Of a DNA stretch of 32,000 nt, positions 10,355-18,751 are shown piece after piece. The number at the start of each line of letters is the position of its first letter. Positions within the stretch are counted from its first letter, which is position 1. This DNA comes from Wallemia ichthyophaga EXF-994 (lineage: Eukaryota; Fungi; Basidiomycota): the NCBI RefSeq assembly GCF_000400465.1, contig NW_008806293.1:152601-184600 (forward strand). The letters are read 5' to 3'. The notes beneath the pieces are model-generated. The model saw nothing but the letters and a program-made list of their open reading frames with translations. It had not been told where the DNA came from and ran no database searches. Both the position numbers and the translations under genes were made by a program.

Positions 10355-10445
10355 AGGAGATAATGGGGTTCGAACCCATGACTTCCGCGGGTAACATTGT
10401 TGAAACGCTGTGAACACGGCGCTCTAACCACTGAGCTATATCTCC
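10355..10445 (-). tRNA. tRNA-Val(CAC) with an 18-nt intron after position 37
   Basis: Minus-strand cloverleaf: acceptor GGAGATA/TATCTCC, D stem GCTC/GAGC, anticodon stem CCGTG/CGCGG, spliced loop TT-CAC-A|C, variable loop AAGTC, T arm ATGGG-TTCGAAC-CCCAT, and N73 = U. Confidence 0.9.
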
Positions 10446-10568
10446 TGTGAAAGAGGAGGTGATTCAAAATAAACAGTATCGCCTAAATTGCAAAACGACG
10501 AAATCAACCGAAATACGGCGATTTTTATATAAAGAAAGGCACATGATACGATGCAAAAAATGAGATTT

Positions 10569-11213
10569 TTAAAAAGCTACGTATTTGATAAGTTTTAACA
10601 AAAGAACAAGTGGGGAGAGATTGATAAGAGATTGTCCCAGTCGGGTGTGCTCGACTGACCAAGTGAGAGCAACGAGTGTGCTAACTGCGTTGTAGTGGTT
10701 GAATAGTGCAGCATAAGCGACACCCCAGAAACACCACACCATAGCATGTGGTGTGGCCCACAAGCAGGCGCACCACACGACTGCGAATGTCCACCCGCGC
10801 ATGCATGTAAGAAGAAGTAGTGTGAGTGGCAGAGCGGGGGACCTGCACTGCCATCGTGCATTGATGGCTAGGAGGAGAAGTGTGAGGTGTGGGAGGAGGT
10901 GGGCGAATTGGTATGTGAGTATGACGAGGAGGAGGAGTGCGAGTGAGGTGAGTTGTGAAAGAATTGATGGGGAGACTGTCAAAGATGCTGATACTCCCTC
11001 TCCCTTCCCTCCCTGGTCATATTCCCGCCGAAGCACTGGATCACTGAGCACCGCATACGCTTCTTGCACGGCGCGGAAAGACGCGTCCGTCGCTTGTCCC
11101 GTGCGGTCCGGGTGTAGCGCCAATGCCTGGCGACGGTAAGCGTGGCGGATGTCCCTGCTGGTGGCGGTCGTGGGCAGTGCGAGTGTGTCATAGTGGGACG
11201 GCGAATAGGGCAT
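10569..11213 (-). CDS. J-domain (DnaJ/Hsp40 type III) protein with hydrophobic, probably membrane-spanning C-terminus, about 214 aa
   Basis: MPYSPSHYDTLAL...AYRRQALALHPDR...EAYAVLSDPVLRREYD is a J domain with an intact HPD motif, followed by several hydrophobic segments. Confidence 0.85.
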   Translation of the reverse strand: MPYSPSHYDTLALPTTATSRDIRHAYRRQALALHPDRTGQATDASFRAVQEAYAVLSDPVLRREYDQGGKGEGVSASLTVSPSILSQLTSLALLLLVILTYQFAHLLPHLTLLLLAINARWQCRSPALPLTLLLLTCMRGWTFAVVWCACLWATPHAMVWCFWGVAYAALFNHYNAVSTLVALTWSVEHTRLGQSLINLSPLVLLLKLIKYVAF

Positions 11214-11246
11214 GGAAGGGCGAGAAGAGAGGGACACAAATGCGCG

Positions 11247-11294
11247 AAGAAAGCGCAAAGAAAGCGCAAAGAAAGCGCAAAGAAAGAGAGCGCA
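11247..11294. repeat. 11-bp tandem repeat (AAGAAAGCGCA)x3 plus a degenerate fourth copy
   Basis: Perfect copies at 11247, 11258 and 11269, located between the SNF1-beta stop and the DnaJ start. Confidence 0.85.
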
Positions 11295-11350
11295 TAACAC
11301 AAAATTCACAATGCACAATACACATTACCCCACACACACAAAATAACACC

Positions 11351-12622
11351 CTAATCAATGCTCGTATAATACACAGTACTAATAAATTTCCTTCTGTAGC
11401 GCGTAGTAGTCCCGACAGCGAGCACGCCGCCGCGGATAGCGCTAGCAGTGAGATGTCTGAGGGTCACGTGATTGGGGATAGGTAAGACGCTATTATCGTC
11501 AAGAGTGCCTCCGTGTGGGACAGTGCTGTTAGCGGGTGGGGCGATTTGGGGAGGCTGGGCGTTGAGGACGACTCTTTCAAGCTGTCGAGGAAGCATGGGT
11601 GGTTCAGGGAGGAAGGTGTGTGATGAGTGTGATGAGTGTGCGTTGTGCGCGCTGTCTCCCTCCCCCGACTCGAGGTTGGCATATGTGACTAGCATCTGGG
11701 GTATGTCGGTGGTGTACTCGTGTGGAGGAGTTGGATCGTGATGCGTGTGTGGATTTGATGGGTTCGAGTGAGTAAGTGAGTGTTGTGTACCATCTTGATC
11801 ATCTGCGCATTGTAAATCACCTTCTTTAGCAGATTGAGGGGTGATTATGCGCGTGTTGTTGATTTCCGTATGAGTGTGCTCCTTTCTATCATTCTCAGCC
11901 AACTTGGGTACTTCAATGTAGTTGACCATCAAGCCATCATCATCTGTGGCAGTTTGTAGGTCATCGCTCACCCGCCAGTTATTATCCACTACGAAAACAA
12001 TCCTGTGGTGACCTGGAGGGAGTTTAACACAGGTAACAAAGTCTTTCTCGCTTCTGGTCATGGGTACGCTTGTCTTCCAACCAGGACCAAATCGAACTTG
12101 AGCATCGTTACCACCACCACGCCAACTCAAGACAGTATCAGTGAGCTCATCCGAGTTTTCATCGTCTCTATTAACAGCAGCTGCATTATAAGCAGGTAGA
12201 TCGCTGCCGTCATCGAGTTTGAGGTTGATTGCGGGTGGTTGAGATGCGGGGACGGTGGGGAAGTAGCTGGCTTGAAGGGCGACGGCGGCGTCGATGAGGG
12301 GGGAGCTCACGGAACCAGGCTGAGGACACCAGGCGGGCGGAGGCGGTGGAGTAGCGCGGGTAGTGTGGGTGATGGAGGGGTTGTGGGTGCTGTTACTGTT
12401 GTCGTGGGAGATGTCCGTAGGAGGTTGTTGGCTGAGATCACCACCGAATGGCAACAAATCAGGTAATTCTAAGCTACGGCGCCGGGGAAACTCAGCATTA
12501 CGGCGTGGTTGTTGAGCTTTATAAGCGGCAGCTTGTTGTTGACTGGCTTGGCGATTGTGGGTCGCGATATCCTTTATGCTCTGCTGCCTCTGTGTGTTGC
12601 TGGAGGAGGCGCTGTTTCCCAT
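11351..12622 (-). CDS. SNF1/AMPK complex beta subunit (Gal83/Sip2-like), 423 aa
   Basis: N-myristoylation-type start MGNSAS; glycogen-binding domain (LSWRGGG...KLPPGHHRIVFVVDNNW...NYIEV); ASC domain (PPMLPRQLERVVLN...PNHVTLRHL...TTRYRRKFISTVYY). Confidence 0.92.
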   Translation of the reverse strand: MGNSASSSNTQRQQSIKDIATHNRQASQQQAAAYKAQQPRRNAEFPRRRSLELPDLLPFGGDLSQQPPTDISHDNSNSTHNPSITHTTRATPPPPPAWCPQPGSVSSPLIDAAVALQASYFPTVPASQPPAINLKLDDGSDLPAYNAAAVNRDDENSDELTDTVLSWRGGGNDAQVRFGPGWKTSVPMTRSEKDFVTCVKLPPGHHRIVFVVDNNWRVSDDLQTATDDDGLMVNYIEVPKLAENDRKEHTHTEINNTRIITPQSAKEGDLQCADDQDGTQHSLTHSNPSNPHTHHDPTPPHEYTTDIPQMLVTYANLESGEGDSAHNAHSSHSSHTFLPEPPMLPRQLERVVLNAQPPQIAPPANSTVPHGGTLDDNSVLPIPNHVTLRHLTASAIRGGVLAVGTTTRYRRKFISTVYYTSID

Positions 12623-12868
12623 CAGATGGATTAATCAGATGATGGTGGTTTGTGATCAAGAAGGCTTTCGCCGGTGATTAGACGGTATCGGGATTTGAGC
12701 AGGAGTACATGGCACACAACAAAATACTAGACATGAACAACCACTTTAATGCTTGTAAAATGCCTCTGAAAATCTTCACACACAGCAGCCAACGAATCCC
12801 AAATGCTTAACCAATGGATCGGACACGTACACATTTTAAACTGCAACGACTGCAACGGCAACACCAGT

Positions 12869-13279
12869 TTAGTCAAAGAGACCGAGACCCATGTCGTCAT
12901 CGGATTCTTCCTTGGCCTCTTCCTAAAGGAGAGTTAGATTACAACAAACAGCAAATACCGTTCAAACCTTCTTTGGTGCCTCCTCTGCTGGGGCATCAGC
13001 TTGAGCAGCTGGAGCACCTGCAGCTGGGGCAGCAGCAGCACCGGATGAGACGTTGGTGAGAATCTCAGCGACATCCTTGCCCTCGAGGGCCTTGGCGAGG
13101 AGTGTTGCCCAGATGGCCTCGACCTCCACACCTGCTGCTGAGGTGAGCTTGAGAATGTTCTCTGCCTCGAGTGGCACGTTCTCGTCAGCCAAGATGAGTG
13201 AGGCGTAGGTGCTGTGGGCGTGGCATTAATTATTTTACAATCGTACACGCTCCACGTACGTTGCGAGTTCAGCTGACAT
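12869..13279 (-). CDS. RPP1: 60S acidic ribosomal protein P1; exons 13279-13260, 13211-12968, 12922-12869
   Basis: The spliced product is [19 protein letters not shown]...[15 protein letters not shown]...[17 protein letters not shown]. Introns are 13212-13259 and 12923-12967. Confidence 0.95.
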
Positions 13280-13615
13280 TGGTGCTTTTTGAGTTGTTGT
13301 CCTGAAAGACTATTGCGCCTCCCAAAAATTATATTCGCACTCTGGAAAAATTTATAAAATGTTGTATTTGGAAGAGGTGCGCGTGGGCGGTGTTTATACG
13401 TGTCCTGTATGTGCTGCGTGTACTGTTTATTGTGCATTTACCCTCATCCCATGTGATGTTAAGGAGGTAGATCAGTATCGCTAATTCCATCGATATTCTT
13501 GGAGATCTGTACTCCCGTCACTCACAGCTCCTCGCTGCCCCTTTTCACGCTCTTAAATTTCCCCTCCCCGCTCTTCTCCCGCACGGCCACCAACGACGCA
13601 CACACACACACCCAC

Positions 13616-15475
13616 ATGGCCATTCCATACCCCTCCACGGCCCATCTCCGCCACCGCAAGGCCAATTCGCTCAACAAGCCTGGATACATTCCCCAGCATG
13701 GTCCACCACCGAAGCTCTCGCTGATCAACAGGATGCGCATCTTTCTGCTGAATGACGGGCTCAGCTATCTCTTTATAGGTGTGTGGGTGCTCCTCTGTAG
13801 TCTGGTCTTTGGGCTGGGCTTTGTGAATTACGATCTCAACGACAACTATGCCGGGGGTGAGTGGGGGCGACGATCCCGAGGGCATACACACACTCACACA
13901 GTCCCGCAGCTCGCGCAGTCTTTGGGCGCTCCTTTGTCAGTGCAAAGAGCGCCGCTATCTGCCTGCACATCAACATCGCCTTCATCCTTTTCCCTGTCTG
14001 CCGTACGCTCGTCTCGTACGCACGCAGCACACCTTTGGGCCAGGTGATACCCTTCGACAAGCACATAGATTTCCACAAAATAGTTGGCTATGCGGTGTGT
14101 GTGTTTACAGTCCTGCACATCCTGTCCCACCAGTCCAATTTCGCGCGTCTAGCGCAGCACAACGGCACGGGATTCAAGGGCTTCTTTCTCTCCAACTTCG
14201 CCTCTGGGCCGGGAGCGACGGGGTGGATCATGACGGCATGTCTTGCCACAATGGTGTACTTTGCGCGTCAGAAAAAAATGCGTCGCGCGAATACCGGCTA
14301 CGAACGTTTCTGGTACTCGCACCACCTCTTTATTCCCTTCTTCGTGCTGTGGCAGTCGCATGGGATGTTCTGCATGATCCAGCCGGACACTCCACCCTAC
14401 TGCGACTACTCACAAGTGGGTGTGTTCTGGAAATACTGGCTGGCGGGAGGTGTGATATACATCGGCGAGAGACTGCTGCGCGAATGGCGCGCTCGTCAGC
14501 TCACCTACATCAGCAAAGTCATCCAACATCCCTCACAAGTCATTGAGTTGCAGATACGCAAAGAGGGCATCAAAACGCAGGCAGGTCAGTACATCTTCCT
14601 TAATTGCCCTGCACTCTCCCTCTGGCAGTGGCACCCTTTTACTCTCACTAGCGCCCCTGAAGAGGATTACATCAGCGTGCATATTCGCGTAGCGGGTGAT
14701 TTCACCCGCGCTCTTGCTGATACCCTCGGTTGCGACTTTGAGCAAAACGACAAAGTCATCGAGGGCGCTCATCCGAATAGCTCACACGCTGGTATCGTTA
14801 ATAGAGTCCTCCCCCGCGTTATGGTCGATGGTCCATTCGGGTCTGCCAGTGAGGATGTGTTTAATGTGAGTGTGGTAGTTGGTGTGACGGGAGTATATCC
14901 CTTCTGACAACCACCTGCAGTACGAAATCGCTGTGCTCGTCGGCGCTGGTATCGGTGTTACCCCTTTCGCCAGCATCCTAAAAGATATTTGGTACAGAGC
15001 TCATTGGCCAGATCCCTCCAAACCGACGCGTCTTAGTAAGGTGTATTTTATATGGGTCATACGGGATTTCGGCTCGGCAGAGTGGTTCCATTCGCTTTTG
15101 CATGCCATCGAAGAGCAGGATTTGGACAACTACATTGAAATTCAGACATACCTCACCGCCAAGATCAAATTTGATGACATACAAAACATTCTTGCTCACG
15201 ATATAGGTAGTGAGAGAGATGCAATTAGTGGTCTGCGCGCTCCAACTAACTTTGGTAGACCAAATTGGGATCGAATCTTTGAGAATATTACTGCTAAACA
15301 TCCAAATACTGACGCTGGTGTGTTTTTCTGCGGCCCTCCCGTTCTTGGATCGGCTTTGCATAAGGGTTGCAATAAACATTCTAATCCGAAAAGCACTAGA
15401 TTTTTGTGGGTGTTTCATGCGTTTTTTTGGGTGCTCACTGATGCAGAAAATAGCTTCGGTAAAGAGAATTTCTAG
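13616..15475 (+). CDS. noxB: Fungal NADPH oxidase, NoxB/Nox2 type; introns 13857-13909, 14866-14920, 15406-15453
   Basis: Heme His motifs (FHKIVG..VLHILSH, FWYSHHLF..WQSHG), FAD motif HPFTLTSAPEE, NADPH motifs DGPFGSASED and GAGIGVTPF, and C-terminal FGKENF. The segment YISKVIQHPSQVIELQI..AGQYIFL..EEDYISVHIR resembles NoxB rather than NoxA. Confidence 0.9.
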
Positions 15476-15639
15476 GTGTGGTTTGTGGGAATGTCACACA
15501 ATCACACACTGCTATACAAAATAAATATCATTGTCTGGTTATTAACAAGCATCCTGCTTTTTCTTTGTTGCTATGTATGTACCGGGAGTATTATGTAGCG
15601 ATATAGAAGCGTTTTTATGGCGATATGTGAAGGTGCCTC

Positions 15640-16848
15640 CTACAATACCAACTGCTTATCAAAAGAAGCTAATGCAATGGCTAGTGATGCAGAGGTATCA
15701 GAGTCACCGCCGAGGAAGTTGTATTGAGGTTCATTTTGCTTACTTATCAATTGCTGATCGTCTGTTGGTGTGCGAGGGGTGTGGGAGGTGTGAGAGGTGT
15801 GAGAGGTGTGCGAGTCATTGACAGTATTCGACCTGTTCACACGATCTACACCGTCAAAATCAAGCTGCGGGAGAGACATGAAAGGTTGAGTGGGCATACC
15901 CTTCTTATCAGCCCCCTTACCGTCCTCCTTATCGCTATCACCACTGCGCATAGCTCCACGCTTAGACGGCTTCCATTTGGTCGGCTTCTCGCGAGTAGTG
16001 AGTCGTGGATCATACACAAAGCGGCGTCGCGGATGCTCGTAGCGCACTTTGGCGGGCAAGTCCTTCACGTCGAAGGAGACGACGATGGATATTCTGTCAA
16101 GGTGGCTTGTAGGTGGAAAGAAATTGCTAATTTTGAGCGACTCTACGCGCAAGGGTACTTTAGCCGCGCGTTCCATGAGTGATGAGTCAGTACCGGGTGA
16201 AAAAACACAGTCAGTGGCATAAATAAGTGTTTTAGCAGGATTGATTGCCCTGCCATCAGCGCGAATGAGAGTTTTCTTCAGCTGTCCCACCGTCCAATCG
16301 CCATCCGCGTCGACTATGATAGGAGGGGTCTTGTCTTGGATGCTGATGTCATCCTGGAAAGAGGCGAGGAGAGTGTGAGTGTCGTTGGCAAACGGGACAA
16401 CCCTTGCAATCAGGTGTATAATATCGTCACGCTTAACCCACCCCCCAGTACCCTTCTTACCACGCTTGATAAGATTGCTCACTTGCATGTCGTCATCGCT
16501 CAGATACGAACCTTCAAAGTAAGACAGTATCGAAGTGTTTTGCAAGTGCTGTTTGTTGTGTTGTCTGAACTGAGCTTCTGCGCCAACGTCGATCTGTGTC
16601 TTGTAGATGCGAATACAGTTGAGGAGTAGTTCCTCATCGTCTATCAGCTCAAATAGGTCACCACGTCCACGCAGCTTCTCCTGCTTGACGATCTCAGCCT
16701 TGAGATCTCTGACAGTATAACTCGCTGGGAACGACACGGTGAATGGCGTTGCTCGTGATTCTGGGTTATCGAAGACGACACGCAGCTTGATTAATGGAGG
16801 TGTCTGCCTTAAGGAGAATAGAGCAGTGAGCGATTTAGATTTGAGCAT
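15640..16848 (-). CDS. Hypothetical protein (about 400 aa) with two tandem Crinkler N-terminal-like ubiquitin-fold domains and a basic/low-complexity tail
   Basis: Long open frame from ATG 16848. Two repeats fit the pattern L-x-V...F-x-V-x6-TV-x-(D/Q)LK..I...L...(I/V)S...I(H/S)(L/I)(I/V). A possible in-frame 63-nt intron lies at 15681-15743. Confidence 0.6.
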   Translation of the reverse strand: MLKSKSLTALFSLRQTPPLIKLRVVFDNPESRATPFTVSFPASYTVRDLKAEIVKQEKLRGRGDLFELIDDEELLLNCIRIYKTQIDVGAEAQFRQHNKQHLQNTSILSYFEGSYLSDDDMQVSNLIKRGKKGTGGWVKRDDIIHLIARVVPFANDTHTLLASFQDDISIQDKTPPIIVDADGDWTVGQLKKTLIRADGRAINPAKTLIYATDCVFSPGTDSSLMERAAKVPLRVESLKISNFFPPTSHLDRISIVVSFDVKDLPAKVRYEHPRRRFVYDPRLTTREKPTKWKPSKRGAMRSGDSDKEDGKGADKKGMPTQPFMSLPQLDFDGVDRVNRSNTVNDSHTSHTSHTSHTPRTPTDDQQLISKQNEPQYNFLGGDSDTSASLAIALASFDKQLVL

Positions 16849-16929
16849 TTCTTTGGCTGTACTCAGCAACCCCCGCTGTCTTTCCAAATTGAGTTACAGT
16901 GGCAGCTGTCACTAGATTCTTTATTTGGT

Positions 16930-17122
16930 TTAAATTGATTTTATTCGCCTAATTTGTGTCGCTCGCCGATCTCCTCCTCGCTGTTCCGTTTCAAGTTGCT
17001 CAATCGACTGCCCCCGAAGCGCACGGGCCGTGCCGTGTGGTCTTGCTCTAAGTTGCCTTCTCTTTACTGCTAATTTGTTGTTTGGTCAGTGCGGCTGCTT
17101 CTGCTCTAAATAGTGTACGCAT
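16930..17122 (-). CDS. Candidate spliced small ORF/uORF (47 aa, MPVKRRQLRARPHG...) upstream of the Crinkler-like gene; intron 17070-17118
   Basis: ATG-C, then a 49-nt GTACAC..CTGAC..TTAG intron, then an open frame to TAA at 16932-16930. No recognisable motif. Confidence 0.3.
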
Positions 17123-17224
17123 TTAGTATTTTTCTTTTCCCGGATTATTTCCCCGCGATCGGCACATGTGGTTGATTAAGCGGATGTGAGTTGTGTGTGA
17201 GTATGTGTGCGTGTGCATTTCCTG

Positions 17225-17258
17225 CCATATCTCCCATATCTCCCATATCTCCCATCTC
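17225..17258. repeat. 9-bp tandem repeat (CCATATCTC)x3 plus a partial copy in the pyrimidine-rich leader of the TBC gene
   Basis: Copies start at 17225, 17234 and 17243, with a degenerate copy at 17252. Confidence 0.85.
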
Positions 17259-17289
17259 CCCCATTTTCCCTTAGTCTCCAACCATCATC

Positions 17290-18694
17290 ATGTCGTTCAG
17301 CACCCACAGTGCAAACGACACATCGCTCCACTCCCAGCTCAACACCGCCCTTTCATCCAACGATACCCACAATATACGCCGTCTAGTGCGGCTATCTGCG
17401 CTGAGCAGCAATCGCGAGCTGCGAACGAGGACTTGGTGAGGCGTGCTGAGCGAGATACAGCGCACGTCTCTCACACGGTGTTATTAGGTGTCACGTGATG
17501 GGTGTGAGCGGTGAAGGCAGAGAAGGCACAAAAGAAGCCAAAGGCACAGGAGAAGGCAAAGGAGAAGGCACAGATACAGGCATATCCACTTCAACACACC
17601 ACGATACAGCGCGGCAGTGGTTCATGTTGTCGTCCTTCAATCCAGTTCGTGACGGCACACGCCTTAATCTCACAACCCACTTTGACCTCAACAAGCAAGA
17701 CAAGCGACGTCTACTCACACCCCACCCCGATGAGAACCAACTGCGACTCGATATCGACCGCTCATTGATCCACTACCCACTTCACGTGACTTTACAGCAC
17801 AAGAATCAACTCAAGGCACTCCTCTACGATTTAATTACAACCACTCTCCGCTTACATCCCACTCTAAGCTATTTCCAAGGCTTTCATGATGTCATCACTG
17901 TCATTCTCGTTGAGCTTGACGTTGATGTCGGTGTTTTGCAAGCTTTCATACACCGTTTTACCCTGCATTGGTGCAGAGATGCGATGGGCGTGGGTTTGGA
18001 GCCTGTGCGGGGATGGTTGCGCGTGTTGCACAAGATACTAATTGCAGTCGACCCTGACGTGGCCATTATCGTTGAACAAGCCGCTCCAGAACCCTTTTTT
18101 GCACTGTCGTGGATACTAACGCTGTTCGCACATGACGTTGTCGATCAACCTACCATTGCCCGTCTATTCGATTTTTGGATCGTCGAAGGTCCACCTGCCC
18201 TGGTGTATTTCTGCGTAGCGCTTGTGATGGCTGAGAAGGAGAGACTAGTGGAGCTGGCTGGGGAGTGTGACGGTAAAGATGCTCATGAAAAGATTGATGA
18301 CATTGACAACACTGCTAACATACACCAATTTCTCGCTCATATACCCAAATGTCTCAATGAAAAACTTACTCAAGTTATGGAAATGGCGATGAATATTAGA
18401 CAGCGCTTTCCACTTAATCACCCTTTGATTGATGTGGATGGGATTATGGGAAGACAGTCGGTGTTAAGGTCACCACCATTCTCAATCACTGATCGCGCTG
18501 CAGAGTTGGCGGTGGGGAGACTTGAGTGTCTGGTGAGACAGCCACTGCCATCTATAGAGTTTAGCGGGGCAGAGAGGAGAAGGAGGAGAATATCGCGGGA
18601 TAGGCGTAGACAGCAATTCAAGTGGGCAGTCACGCTCGGAGTGACACTCGCTGCTGCTGCATATGGATATTACTCGAGACACCAAATAAAATAA
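17290..18694 (+). CDS. GYP8: TBC-domain Rab GTPase-activating protein, Gyp8/TBC1D20 type; intron 17436-17487
   Basis: ELRTRTW|CHVMG at the TBC start, R finger PHPDENQLRLDIDRS, Q finger YFQGFHDV, PFFALSWILTLFAHD, and a C-terminal tail anchor FKWAVTLGVTLAAAAYGYY. Confidence 0.85.
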
Positions 18695-18751
18695 GCCAAT
18701 CGAATGCATTTCCTTGATTTTCCTTATTTCCCTCTGTCTGCAACGACCATC

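Noticed and set aside
10595-11741. Many overlapping ORFs on both strands around the DnaJ and SNF1-beta genes
   Set aside because: These are shadow frames of GC-rich, CA/TG-skewed coding sequence with no independent motifs.
15773-15815. SHT tripeptide repeats (GTGTGAGAG-like units) in the Crinkler-like gene tail
   Set aside because: Ordinary low-complexity microsatellite-derived coding repeat, common across this window.
17193-17498. ORF with CISCHISHISHISHL repeat
   Set aside because: This is a translation of the 9-bp leader repeat in the wrong frame. The real TBC gene starts at ATG 17290 in another frame.
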